64,000 bases of DNA, from the NCBI GenBank assembly GCA_963744375.1, contig CAVUTH010000008.1, positions 6,746 to 70,745 of the forward strand, in the 5' to 3' direction. The notes under the pieces are model-generated. The model did no database searches and was not told the origin of the DNA. It saw nothing but the letters and a program-made list of their open reading frames with translations. The position numbers were made by a program, and so were the translations under genes. This stretch comes from an uncultured Chloroflexia bacterium (GTDB lineage: Bacteria; Chloroflexota; Anaerolineae; Anaerolineales; UBA4823). Positions 1 to 9,267 of the stretch are shown here, one piece after another; the first letter of the stretch is position 1; every line of letters starts with the position of its first letter.

Positions 1-767
1 GTGTTGTACTGGCCGCGCAGTGTGGCCAGCCCGGCGGTCACCGGCCGCAGGGCGTCGGAGCGCAGCAGGATGATGGCCCAAAGGTAGTCGTTGAACACCC
101 AGGTGAACTCCAGGGTAGCCAGGGCCGCCAGCGCCGGCAGGGTCAGCGGCAGCACCACCTGCCAGTAGATGCGGAACTCGCCGGCGCCGTCCACCCGGGC
201 GGCGTCGATGATCTCATAGGGCACGGTGCGCATGAAGTTGCGCAGCACGAAGGTGCAGAAGCCCAGCTGGAAGGCGGTGTGGATCAGGATCAGCGCACCG
301 TAAGTGTCGAACAATCCCAGCGAATTGGTCAGGCGGAAGACCGGCAGCATCAGGATCTGGAACGGCAATAGCGTCCCGGCGACGAAAATGAAGTAGATCA
401 GCAGGTTGCCGCGGAAGCGGTAGCGTGCCAGGGCGTAAGCCGCCAGCGATGAAAAAAACAGCATGGCCAGCAGCGCCGGGATGGTGACAATAAAACTGTT
501 GATCAGGTATTTCTCGACCCGCGCCTCTGTCCAGGCCTTGACGAAATTATCCAGCACGAACCTGTCTGGCAGTGTCCAGAAGCCGCGCGCCGTGATGTCG
601 TCCTGGGTGCGGAAGGAGGTGAATACTGCAGCAAAGACCGGCAGCAGCCAGATCAGGGTCAGCAGGGCGATGCCGGTGTACTTGACCACATCCTGGAAGA
701 TGCGCTTGTTTCGGGAAGCGCCGCGCACGGCTCTGGTTGGCTGCATGCTTGCAGATTGGGTGGTCAT
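1..767 (-). CDS. carbohydrate ABC transporter permease (MalG/UgpE-like); C-terminus lies beyond the window edge
   Basis: The minus-strand frame is open from the window edge to the ATG at 765-767. It is absent from the ORF track because it has no in-window stop. My translation MTTQSASMQPTRAVRG...TLLPFQILMLPVF...RNFMRTVPYEIIDAARVDGAGEFRIYWQVVLPL is multi-TM and carries the EAA loop of binding-protein-dependent permeases. The start lies 9 nt after the stop of the preceding permease, behind a GAGG. Confidence 0.85.
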   Translation of the reverse strand, partial: MTTQSASMQPTRAVRGASRNKRIFQDVVKYTGIALLTLIWLLPVFAAVFTSFRTQDDITARGFWTLPDRFVLDNFVKAWTEARVEKYLINSFIVTIPALLAMLFFSSLAAYALARYRFRGNLLIYFIFVAGTLLPFQILMLPVFRLTNSLGLFDTYGALILIHTAFQLGFCTFVLRNFMRTVPYEIIDAARVDGAGEFRIYWQVVLPLTLPALAALATLEFTWVFNDYLWAIILLRSDALRPVTAGLATLRGQYN

Positions 768-776
768 AAGCGCCTC

Positions 777-2120
777 CTAATACTCCAGCTCGTCCTTCAC
801 CGCGCGGGAAAGGTAGAAGATAATAAATACCAGGCTGATGGCGAACAACACCACCGCCACCGCCGCCCCATAGCCCATGCGGTAGTTGTTGAACGCTTCC
901 ATATACATGAAATTTGCCAGCACCTGGGTGCTCTGCCCGCCGCGTGTCATAATGGCAATCAGGTCAAAGGCCCGCAGCGAGTCAATAATCGAGATGACGA
1001 TCACAATGGTCGTCACCGGAGCCAGCAAGGGGAAGATGACGTGCAGGAACATCTGCCAGCGGCTGGCGCCGTCCACCTGGGCCGCATCCAGGTAGGTTGG
1101 GTCGATATTCTTCAATCCGGCCAGGTAGAGCACCATCACATAGCCCACCTGGCGCCACATGGCGGCGATGATCACCGCCCAGATCGCCAGGCCGCGATCG
1201 CCCAACCAGCCGGGCGGATTTTCCACCCCGATGCCGCGCAGGAAGGAGTTGATCAGGCCCATCTGTGGATTGTAAGCCCAGGCCCAGATCAGGCCGATGA
1301 CCGTCAGGGAGAGCACCAGGGGAGCGTAGAAGCTGACCTTGAAGACTTTGCTGCCGCGCATCTCCGAGTTGAAGACAATCGCCAGCGACAACCCGAGCGT
1401 GGTGGGGATGGTGATGAAGACCAGCAGCCACTTCAGGTTGTTGAGCAGCGATTCGACGAAGATGCGATCCTGGGTGAACAGGCGCTCGAAGTTGGCGAAA
1501 CCGATCAGCTTAGGGGTGGAGATTCCATCCCAGTTGGTCAGGCTGAGGAACATGGTATAAAACGTCGGCAGGATGATCCAGGCCAGGTAGAGCGTCAGCG
1601 GGGCGGCCAGGAAGAGCCAGGGGATGAGCTTGCGCGGTACGGTCGGCCCGCGCAGGTTGGCTTTGTTGGAGGCTTTGGCGAATCCCTGGCTGACGGCCGG
1701 TACGGCCAGCACGATCTGGATCACCAGCCCCACCAACGCCACCAGGGCGATCCAGAATCCAATCCCAGGCTGGTACTGCGGTTCGGCCAACAGCGGGCTG
1801 CCCAGGTTGAACAGGTAATAGATCATCCCCACGATCCCAAAAGCCAGCGCCCCAATAGCTGCGATACGGTTGTACTCCGCCTTCATCAGACCCAGCAAGC
1901 CCAGGGCGATGCCGCCCAGGCTGGCCAGGGGAACCACCCAAAGATACGGTGCAATCTTGGCGCCGGGCGTGCCGTACAGGTTATCCGACAGAATGCGCGC
2001 CCCATTCTCCGTCAGGCTTTTTCCGTACCAGGGTAGAAAGATAAAGGTAAAAAGAATGATGACGGCGCTGATCAGCGCTACGGTATTTGCTGCGGTAAAA
2101 TCCCAGTTTTTTTCCTGCAT
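777..2120 (-). CDS. carbohydrate ABC transporter permease (MalF/UgpA-like) with extra N-terminal TM region
   Basis: 447-aa ORF. The C-terminal two thirds form a six-TM permease core with an EAA loop (DPTYLDAAQVDGASRWQMFLHVIFPLLAP). About 150 additional hydrophobic N-terminal residues precede it. It sits in an operon with the SBP and the second permease. Confidence 0.85.
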   Translation of the reverse strand: MQEKNWDFTAANTVALISAVIILFTFIFLPWYGKSLTENGARILSDNLYGTPGAKIAPYLWVVPLASLGGIALGLLGLMKAEYNRIAAIGALAFGIVGMIYYLFNLGSPLLAEPQYQPGIGFWIALVALVGLVIQIVLAVPAVSQGFAKASNKANLRGPTVPRKLIPWLFLAAPLTLYLAWIILPTFYTMFLSLTNWDGISTPKLIGFANFERLFTQDRIFVESLLNNLKWLLVFITIPTTLGLSLAIVFNSEMRGSKVFKVSFYAPLVLSLTVIGLIWAWAYNPQMGLINSFLRGIGVENPPGWLGDRGLAIWAVIIAAMWRQVGYVMVLYLAGLKNIDPTYLDAAQVDGASRWQMFLHVIFPLLAPVTTIVIVISIIDSLRAFDLIAIMTRGGQSTQVLANFMYMEAFNNYRMGYGAAVAVVLFAISLVFIIFYLSRAVKDELEY

Positions 2121-2176
2121 GCAGCCCTGCCTTTTTGAAAGCGTACCGGCTAAAGTGTGTGGGGGAGGTTTCTAAC

Positions 2177-2238
2177 CTGCCGGGCACCCTGCGGGTTTGG
2201 TCCCGATCTACGATCGGGATGACAACCCGCCCTACGAC
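2177..2238 (-). repeat. GTAGGGC-hairpin-CCGG element (copy 1 of 4), followed by a second GC hairpin at 2239-2263
   Basis: On the minus strand it reads GTCGTAGGGCGGGTT...AACCCGCAGGGTGCCCGGCAG, about 50 nt downstream of the SBP stop. It has the same head (GTAGGGC), stem-loop and CCGG tail as the copies at 20432, 21843 and 60564. Confidence 0.45.
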
Positions 2239-2287
2239 TCCCCTCCCAGCACGGGAGGGGGAGTACCATCAGTAAGTCAACCGGCGA

Positions 2288-3670
2288 TCAGGAACCTGCT
2301 TCTTCGGCCAGAATGCGCTGGCGCTCGGCTTCGAGCTCGTTAAGCAGCGCTTCGATCTGGGTTGGGTCATCCCAGAAGCGCATGAAGGCCTCCATGCCGG
2401 CTTCCGCCATGGGCGGGGTGGTGTCCCGGTCATAGAACTGGGCGATCATGTCGGCGCCCTGGATCAGGGCGATGCCCTTCTGGGTAGGCGGGGTAGCGCC
2501 GGAGATATCCACATCCGTGCGGGTAGGCAGGCGGCCCAGGGTGTCGAAGGCCTGCTGCTGCACTTCCTTGGAGCCCAGGTAAGCCATGAAGGCTTCGGCG
2601 CCGGCCGGGTTGCCGGCATTGGACGAGACGAAGAATCCGTCGGTCGGGGCGTCTTCACCGATCAGCTGGTTGGGATCGATGATCGGGAAGCGGAAGAAGT
2701 CCAGGTCGTTCTCCAACTCATCCGGGTAGGAGTCGACGATGAACTGTCCCATCAGGTACATAGCTGCCTTACCATCGGTCATCAGCGGGATGGCTTCCTG
2801 CCAGTCGTAAGCGGCCGGGTCTTCAATGAAGCAGCCGGCGTTGATCATCTCGGCCCATTTCTCGAAGACGGCAGCAACCCTTGGATCGTTATAGGGGATC
2901 TTCAGGTCCATCAGGTCGATGTGGAACTGCGGGCCGTTGATGCGCATGTTCAGGTAGTCGAACCAGGCTGCCGCCGGCCATTTAAAGCGGGCGCCGATGG
3001 TGAAGGGCGTCACGCCGATGGCGTTCAGCTTATTGCAGGAGTCGAGCAGCTCATCCCAGGTTTCCGGGGGTTTCTCGATGCCGGCAGCCTCGAACAGGGA
3101 TGGGCGATAGTAGATCGCCCACCAATAGAAGGCGGTCGGCAGGAAGTACTGCTTGTCGTTGTACGAGGCCAGCTCCTGGAAGCCGGGGGCATAAACTTCG
3201 TTGAACTTGTTTTCGGCCCACATCTTGGACAGATCGTAGACCAGGCCCTTATCGATGAAGAAGCGCGTCCGGTTGCCGGCAAACCAGGTCAGCACGTCCG
3301 GGGCAGGATCGGCGGTCAGGTAGGCACGGATGGCTTGCTTGAAGTCCTCGTGAGCGATGATCGAGTGATTAACCGGCATCTCGGGGTGGGCCGCATTCCA
3401 ATCGGCTACGATTTTCTCATCGAAGGCGCGCGGCTCCGGATCGCCGTTGTAGGAGTTGTACAGGATGGACTGCACGGCGACGGGGACTTCGACTTCCTGG
3501 GTGACGACCACTTCTTCCTTGACGACTACGGTCGCTTCGACGATCGTTTCCACTTCACGGGTCACTTCTACGATCTCCGCCGGGGGCGGGGTGGCCTGGG
3601 CGCAGGCGCCCAGCATGAACACGAATACCAGCAGCAGGCTGGCGGCAATCCAAAGCTTTGAGTGTTGCAT
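2288..3670 (-). CDS. ABC transporter extracellular solute-binding protein (family 1, sugar type), lipoprotein
   Basis: ORF 2288..3709. I prefer the ATG at 3670, which has GAGGAG just upstream. It gives the lipoprotein-type signal MQHSKLWIAASLLLVFVFMLGAC. The rest has the typical length and composition of sugar SBPs. It is the first gene of an SBP-permease-permease operon. Confidence 0.85.
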   Translation of the reverse strand: MQHSKLWIAASLLLVFVFMLGACAQATPPPAEIVEVTREVETIVEATVVVKEEVVVTQEVEVPVAVQSILYNSYNGDPEPRAFDEKIVADWNAAHPEMPVNHSIIAHEDFKQAIRAYLTADPAPDVLTWFAGNRTRFFIDKGLVYDLSKMWAENKFNEVYAPGFQELASYNDKQYFLPTAFYWWAIYYRPSLFEAAGIEKPPETWDELLDSCNKLNAIGVTPFTIGARFKWPAAAWFDYLNMRINGPQFHIDLMDLKIPYNDPRVAAVFEKWAEMINAGCFIEDPAAYDWQEAIPLMTDGKAAMYLMGQFIVDSYPDELENDLDFFRFPIIDPNQLIGEDAPTDGFFVSSNAGNPAGAEAFMAYLGSKEVQQQAFDTLGRLPTRTDVDISGATPPTQKGIALIQGADMIAQFYDRDTTPPMAEAGMEAFMRFWDDPTQIEALLNELEAERQRILAEEAGS

Positions 3671-3882
3671 GGTTTTCTCCTCGCGATACTTAGATACTGG
3701 TTTGTTCAAGAGCCGATTTCCAACTGGATCCTCTATCAGCGTATCTGTCGTTCACCACCTCCTTTTTCATTTTTCATCAGCTTCCTTCAGGTTATTCCTG
3801 CAACCGTCCACGATATTCTCACGAATACACCAATGCCGACCGGACGGGAATCCATTCGTGGATGCGTGGATGGAATTCTCCC

Positions 3883-4951
3883 TTAATTATTAGTAGTCAG
3901 CCGTCCTCTGTCCTCCATTCGCCGTCTGCCGTCTGCGGTCTGCCGTCGTCCGTCGGCCGTCGATTCGCGCACTACCAGCTCGGCCGACAGGAGCACATGC
4001 TGCAGCGGGGACTCGGGCTGTTCCACCCTGGCAATCAGCAGCCGGGCGGCCTCCTTCCCGATGGCGAAGACATCCTGGTGCAGGGTGGTCAGCGGCGGCT
4101 CCTGGAAGGCCGCCAGCGGGATGTCGTCGAAGCCGATCACCGAAATATCCTGCGGCACGGCGCAGCCCGCCTGGCGCAATGCGTGGATGGCGCCGATCGC
4201 CATGCGGTCGTTCTGCGCGCAAACTGCGCTGAAGTTGTAGCCGTTCTCCAGCAGCGTGCAGACAGCCCGGTAGCCCGAACTCAACCGTCCAGTCGCCTTC
4301 CAGGGTGCAGTCGGTTTGCGGCATCACCCCGGATTCCGTCAAAGCAGCCAGGAAGCCTTCCAGCCGCTCGCGGGTGCAGTCTTCGACCAGCGGGCCGGTC
4401 AGGCAGGCAATCTGGCGGTGGCCAAGCTCCAGCAGATGCGTTGCGGCAGTATAACCGGCCTGCCAATCGTCCAGCGAAACGGTATCCACGCCGTCGGAAT
4501 CGGTATGCACGCCGGCGTATACCAGCGGCGCGGTTCCCTTGGCCAGGCGGTGGCGCCCGTCCGAATAGGGATTGAAGACGATCAGGCCGTCGGCGCGCCG
4601 GCTGTGAATCAGCTCTTCCACCAGGCAGGCGAAGGTTTGCTCGTCGGGTGCGGAGGCCGAGAGCAGGAAATAACCCTGCTGCCGGGCGTACTGCTCGGCG
4701 CCTTCGATCATGCTGGCAAAGGTGAAATCGATCAGGTTGGGAGAAAAGCAGGCCAGCAGGTGCGTGCGCCCGCGCGCCATGCTGCCGCGCCACTTCATTG
4801 CGGCGGTAGCCCAGCTGCTGGATGGCCTGATCCACGCGGCTGCGGGTTTCGGGGTTGACCCGCTCGGTGGCGTTGATCACCGCGAGACCGTCTGGTGCGA
4901 GACCCCAGCCAGGGCGGCGACATCACGGAGGGTAACACGGGAGCGCGGCAT
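3883..4951 (-). pseudogene. LacI-family transcriptional regulator, at least 3 frameshifts
   Basis: The ATG at 4951 gives MPRSRVTLRDVAALAGVSHQTVSR and then a stop. The HTH continues in another frame (VINATERVNPETRSRVDQAIQQLGY, ORF 4281..4880). The sugar-binding core is in ORF 3890..4798 (FLLSASAPDEQ...LIVFNP...VSLDDWQAGY) and the C-terminus in ORF 3883..4284 (FSAVCAQNDRMAIGAIHALRQAG..VIGFDDIPLA...ELVVREST). Frame changes fall near 4878, 4795 and 4285. Confidence 0.8.
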
Positions 4952-4995
4952 GCTAAGCAGGCAGGCTTTAAGTAGTGGGTTGTGGGTTTGGGCCG

Positions 4996-5023
4996 ATGTT
5001 ACCGGTCACGTGACCGGTAACAT
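4996..5023. promoter_or_regulatory. perfect 28-bp palindrome, candidate LacI-type operator
   Basis: ATGTTACCGGTCAC|GTGACCGGTAACAT is perfectly self-complementary. It lies 45 nt upstream of the LacI-family start codon. Confidence 0.5.
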
Positions 5024-5251
5024 GATTCTATGAGAACCGGATGTGTTTGTCAAGAGGGAATTTTTGTGCGAACGTTCGCCTGTTCGAACGGATTCCATAA
5101 TTTCTTGGTACGATGGATGTAATCTCGAAAGACGAAGTCAGAAGGGAAGTGAAAAAATGCAGAATATGGCGCCAGCTGCCCTCGCGTTGCTCGCTGGTTT
5201 GCCGCCTCGCAGGAAATGCTGTTGGCGTGGCGCATTTTGCGCCAGCAGCAT

Positions 5252-5662
5252 TTATTTGGCCATTGGTTTTTCCAGGTACTGATCGTCACTGACCTGCTCC
5301 ATCCAGTTGGCCATCGTTCCAGCGACACTGGCATAGATGGCGATGTAAGTCAGGGCTGAGCTGGGCGCGGCACCGTGCCAGTGCTTTTCATTGGGTGCGA
5401 AGGTAACGATATCCCCAGGGAAGATTTCTTGCACTGGGCTGCCCCAGCTTTGCACTCGACCGCAGCCGGAAGTCACGATCAGGACCTGGCCCTGTGGGTG
5501 GGTGTGCCAGGCCGTGCGCGCCCCCGGCTCGAAAGTGACGCTGATGCCGGTCACATTCCCAAGCGGAGTGGGTTCAAATAAGGGATCCACCCTTACCCGG
5601 CCGGTGAAATATTCTGCCGACCCTTGCTGAGAAGGCTGAGTGCCAATTCTTCTTATTTCCAT
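5252..5662 (-). CDS. cupin domain protein
   Basis: 136-aa ORF with cupin motifs (GARTAWHTHPQGQVLIVTSGCG...GDIVTFAPNEKHWHGA). GAGGAG lies upstream of the ATG. Confidence 0.75.
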   Translation of the reverse strand: MEIRRIGTQPSQQGSAEYFTGRVRVDPLFEPTPLGNVTGISVTFEPGARTAWHTHPQGQVLIVTSGCGRVQSWGSPVQEIFPGDIVTFAPNEKHWHGAAPSSALTYIAIYASVAGTMANWMEQVSDDQYLEKPMAK

Positions 5663-5681
5663 GTTCTGCTCCTCATTTGGT

Positions 5682-5755
5682 TGTCACCCTAAGAGAAGGG
5701 TCAAATCCTTTGCTTCGCTCAGGATGACTGGCTTTGCGTGGCCCACAGAGTGCGG
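5682..5755 (-). repeat. interspersed palindromic (REP/MITE-like) element, copy D
   Basis: TGTCACCCTAAGAGAAGGGTCAAATCCTTTGCTTCGCTCAGGATGAC...GCGTGGCCCACAGAGTGCG. It is homologous to copies at 18264, 51632, 57707 and 62012. On the minus strand its GGTGACA end lies 19 nt upstream of the cupin start. Confidence 0.6.
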
Positions 5756-5928
5756 GAAGGGATCGTCATGTGCCCGTACAGGTCCAGGGCCAAATAAACG
5801 AGCAGCACTTCGATTGGCAGCCCGGTACTGCGCTTGCACTTATAGTTTATCACCATTGCGGGCAGATTATTCACGCCGCCTCACTGGGTGCGGCAAAGCA
5901 ATGCGGGGTGCGGTAAAATCAACAGGCT

Positions 5929-6888
5929 ATGAGCGAAACCCGCATATCCATAGTCATCCGCTGCTATAACGAAGAGAAGCATATCGGCAAGCTGCTGACC
6001 GGCATCCTGGCGCAGTCGCTGCCTGAGCCGGAGATCATCCTGGTAGATTCCGGCTCCACCGACGCCACCCTGTCGATTGCCGGGCAGTTCCCGGTCAAGA
6101 TCGTCCACATCGAGCCGCAGCAGTTCACCTTCGGACGCTCACTCAATCTGGGCTGCCAGGCAGCCGGCGGCGAGCTGATTGTGATTGCCAGCGCTCATGT
6201 TTACCCGGTGTATGCCGACTGGCTCCAGGCACTGCTGGCGCCTTTCAGCGATCCGCAGGTAGCGCTGACCTACGGCAAGCAGCGCGGCGACCCAAACACG
6301 CAATTCTCCGAGGGGCAGATATTCATTCATTGGTTCCCCGAGCACGCCCAACAGTTCCAGGCTTACCCGTTCTGCAACAACGCCAATGCCGCCATCCGGC
6401 GCTCGCTGTGGGAAAAATTCCCTTACGACGAGACTCTCAGCGGGCTGGAGGACCTGGATTGGGCGCGCCGGGTGACTGCCGCCGGCTACAAGATTGTCTA
6501 TGTCCCGGAAGCGGAGATTATCCACCTGCACGACGAAACCCGCCGCGGCACGCTCAACCGCTACCGGCGAGAGGCAATGGCCTTCAAAGCCATCTACCCG
6601 CACGAGCGCTTTCACTTCTTCGACTTCCTGCACCTGTCGGCTTCCAACATCCTGCACGACCTGTGGCGGGCTTACCGGCAGAAGGTCTTACGGCGCAATC
6701 TCAGCGGGATATTCGCTTTCCGGCTGGCGCAGTTTTGGGGCACCTACCAGGGCTACCGCCGCAGCGCTCCCCTGAACTGGCAGCTGCGCCAGACCTTCTA
6801 TTACCCCAGGGGCATCGGCACGCCGGCCTCCAAACAATCCCGGGAAGCGGAACTGGTGCGATATGGCAGCCAACCCCCGCAGGAGTGA
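5929..6888 (+). CDS. family 2 glycosyltransferase
   Basis: 319-aa ORF. The N-terminus ISIVIRCYNEEKHIGKLL...EIILVDSGSTDAT and the later LEDLDWARR are typical of GT-A fold GT2 enzymes. Confidence 0.85.
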   Translation: MSETRISIVIRCYNEEKHIGKLLTGILAQSLPEPEIILVDSGSTDATLSIAGQFPVKIVHIEPQQFTFGRSLNLGCQAAGGELIVIASAHVYPVYADWLQALLAPFSDPQVALTYGKQRGDPNTQFSEGQIFIHWFPEHAQQFQAYPFCNNANAAIRRSLWEKFPYDETLSGLEDLDWARRVTAAGYKIVYVPEAEIIHLHDETRRGTLNRYRREAMAFKAIYPHERFHFFDFLHLSASNILHDLWRAYRQKVLRRNLSGIFAFRLAQFWGTYQGYRRSAPLNWQLRQTFYYPRGIGTPASKQSREAELVRYGSQPPQE

Positions 6889-6994
6889 GGCAGCCCTAAA
6901 TAGAGTTTTATCCTGAGCGCAGCCTCAAGCTGCACAGCCTGTTATAATTTCTCAGCTTGCGAGTCATCTTCAGTCGTGATTGAAGGAGGAACTC

Positions 6995-7399
6995 ATGTCT
7001 AAAGAAACAAACAAGGCACTCGCCATTGCCTGGCATGACGCCATGAACAGCGCCGATTGGGAAACGGCTATCGCCCCCTTCTTTTCCGGAGATCTGTCCC
7101 GCTATCACGTCTGGTTCGTGCAAAACCACCGGCAATTTCGCAAGGCCTTCCCCGATTACCACGCCACCATAACCCGGGTTGTGGCCGAAGGGGACACGGT
7201 GGTTGTGACCACTCTGGTAACCGGGACCCACTCGGCTGAATTTCCCTTTGGTGAGATGAAAGGCATCGCCGCCACCGGCAAGAAGCTGGCCTGGGAGGAA
7301 GTAACGATCACCAAATACCGGGCCGGGGCGCTGTCCGATATCAAGCTGATCGTGGATGGCGTCGCACGTTTGCAGCAATTGGGTGTGCTGTCTCTCTGA
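6995..7399 (+). CDS. SnoaL-like / ester cyclase family protein
   Basis: ORF 6980..7399. I prefer the ATG at 6995, behind GAAGGAGG. The protein is small and alpha+beta-barrel-like (ALAIAWHDAMNSADWE...FRKAFPDYHATITRVVAEGDTVVV...GKKLAWEEVTITKYRAG). Confidence 0.7.
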   Translation: MSKETNKALAIAWHDAMNSADWETAIAPFFSGDLSRYHVWFVQNHRQFRKAFPDYHATITRVVAEGDTVVVTTLVTGTHSAEFPFGEMKGIAATGKKLAWEEVTITKYRAGALSDIKLIVDGVARLQQLGVLSL

Positions 7400-7412
7400 T
7401 GATGCTGCTGGT

Positions 7413-8183
7413 TTACGCCTGAACGAAATCCCCGCGCTCCAATATCTCCACCAACCGGCTGGTAAAGCGCGCCGCCGGGGCGCCGTCTACCAGGTCGTGA
7501 TCGAAGGCCAGCGTCAGGTGCAGGATTTCCCGCAACGCAACCTGTCCCTGGTGCTCCACCGGCTTCTCGACGATGCTGCCAACCGTCAGCCCCAGGGTAT
7601 GCACCGGCAGGAAGGTGATCCCCCAGCCGGCAATCTTGCCGTACATCCCCAGCGAGGTGATGATCGTGGTGCCTTCCAGACACTTGAAGCGCTGCGGGGT
7701 TAGCTTGATGAGATGAAAGAACCACAACCGCAGAAAACGCGGCAAGTGCGGCGCCAGGCGCATCAGCCTGCTCGCCTGCCCTGCCCTATCCCCTGGCTCC
7801 GCCTGGACAGCCCGGATTTCGGCGCTGATCTCGGCTACGGATTTGCCCTGGGCGCCCCGGATGATGTGCGGGATGGCTGCCCGGCCGGGTGACGGCTCGA
7901 CCATCACCACCACATCTACGTCTCGGAAAATCACCAGCCGGCCGCGCCAATCGCGGTAGGCCTGCACTGCAGGGTACTCGGCGATGGCCCGCCCGAGAGC
8001 AGCGGCCATGCAGGCGGTGAAGGACAGGTCCTCGCCGGCGGCCTTGCGCTCGCGGATTAGCCGCCGGATATCGCTTACATCGACTTCCACCATCCCACAA
8101 AAAACATGCCGGCCGGTGCCCAGGTAGCCGGCATCCACCACCAGCCTGCGTTCGGGTGGGAAAGGCTTGATTTCATAATCCAT
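7413..8183 (-). CDS. 2-oxoacid dehydrogenase E2-type acyltransferase, catalytic domain only
   Basis: ORF 7413..8258. I prefer the ATG at 8183, which has AGGAGG upstream. The C-terminal LTLAFDHDLVDGAPAARF matches the DHRxxDG active-site motif. There is no lipoyl domain. Confidence 0.75.
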   Translation of the reverse strand: MDYEIKPFPPERRLVVDAGYLGTGRHVFCGMVEVDVSDIRRLIRERKAAGEDLSFTACMAAALGRAIAEYPAVQAYRDWRGRLVIFRDVDVVVMVEPSPGRAAIPHIIRGAQGKSVAEISAEIRAVQAEPGDRAGQASRLMRLAPHLPRFLRLWFFHLIKLTPQRFKCLEGTTIITSLGMYGKIAGWGITFLPVHTLGLTVGSIVEKPVEHQGQVALREILHLTLAFDHDLVDGAPAARFTSRLVEILERGDFVQA

Positions 8184-8298
8184 CGCTGCGCCTCCTGGCA
8201 CTATTTTAATATATCGAGTGAAAATTAATAAGGGACGTTGGGTTATCCACATTAACAATAGCTAAATAGATCGGAGAGTATAAAACCAGATAAAGATG

Positions 8299-8360
8299 AT
8301 GTGACAAAAGTTAGTAAAAAAATGTGACAAAAGTCAGTAAAAAAATGTGACATTTGTTAC
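8299..8360. repeat. 2.7 tandem copies of a 23-bp unit (ATGTGACAAAAGTYAGTAAAAAA)
   Basis: Direct repeats at 8299-8321, 8322-8344 and 8345-8360 (partial). They sit in the AT-rich divergent region between genes starting at 8183 (-) and 8584 (+). The TGTGAC core resembles half sites of CRP/FNR-type regulators. Confidence 0.5.
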
Positions 8361-8583
8361 TTTATTAAAGGCGAGTATTGTTGTAGTCTCATAGATAGAA
8401 TGAAAGGGGGCATGGCCAATGGCTCCAAAATCAATTTTTTTCGCCAATATTTCCTCGGTCTGTTATGAGCCGTATCTCGTTGGCAGAGCTACACAGTATT
8501 ATTTATTTTCAATGGTTTATTGACGAATTCCCTGTCGTAAGGATGATCAGGCATAAAATAATCAATTAAGGAGGGAAAGTAAA

Positions 8584-9243
8584 ATGCGACACACCAAAAC
8601 GCCAATCGTTTTCCTTATCGTCCTTTCCTTATTTTTTTCTCCGTATTTCATTCTTACAGTTTCCGCAAATTGGTATTCTTATTTTTCACAAACTGGCTAC
8701 TATGGTCTATGGTCTAATATTTATACTCCATTATACGAACCATTTATAGCTACTGGGGATCATCAATCTAATTCTGTAACAACACCAGGGGGCGCTGCTT
8801 GGGTTCAAGCAGGTTGGATCTTCTACCCTGGCTGGAATCAACCTAAACAATATATTGAATACTTTGTGGGTGGAGTAATTCATTTAGATTATTTAAATGA
8901 TCAGCCTTGGGGGACAGTAGCAAGGTATGAGGTCTCGTTTGATGGATCCTCCGGTATTAATAGATGGTGTATTTGGGTTAATACCTGGCAGATCGGTTGC
9001 TGGAATGATATTGATCCTGCTCCGAGTTTATTGATTGCCCAATCCGAAACGCATACAAGTACAGATACTGTATTTTGGACTGATTTTACATATATTAAGG
9101 TAAGAAATGCGTCTGGAATATGGGTTAATCCTACCCTGAGTAATAATATGCACGCAGACGTTCCTTATGGAAATACGATTTTAACTAACGATGCATTTCG
9201 AACATGGCGACATGGTATGCATTTACCGATAATAGTCAGATGA
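8584..9243 (+). CDS. hypothetical secreted protein (Trp/Tyr-rich), AT-rich island
   Basis: 219-aa ORF with GGAGGG upstream and an N-terminal signal or anchor (TPIVFLIVLSLFFSPYFILTVSA). I recognise no family. Codon and base composition clearly differ from the flanks. Confidence 0.6.
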   Translation: MRHTKTPIVFLIVLSLFFSPYFILTVSANWYSYFSQTGYYGLWSNIYTPLYEPFIATGDHQSNSVTTPGGAAWVQAGWIFYPGWNQPKQYIEYFVGGVIHLDYLNDQPWGTVARYEVSFDGSSGINRWCIWVNTWQIGCWNDIDPAPSLLIAQSETHTSTDTVFWTDFTYIKVRNASGIWVNPTLSNNMHADVPYGNTILTNDAFRTWRHGMHLPIIVR

Positions 9244-9267
9244 AGGTGATAATTAAGCAGTTCTTCC

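Noticed and set aside
5043-5334. Small ORFs between the LacI start and the cupin gene (79 aa on +, 94 aa on -).
   Set aside because: No RBS, no recognisable motifs, and they overlap each other on opposite strands. I treat the region as intergenic or promoter DNA that contains the 28-bp palindrome.
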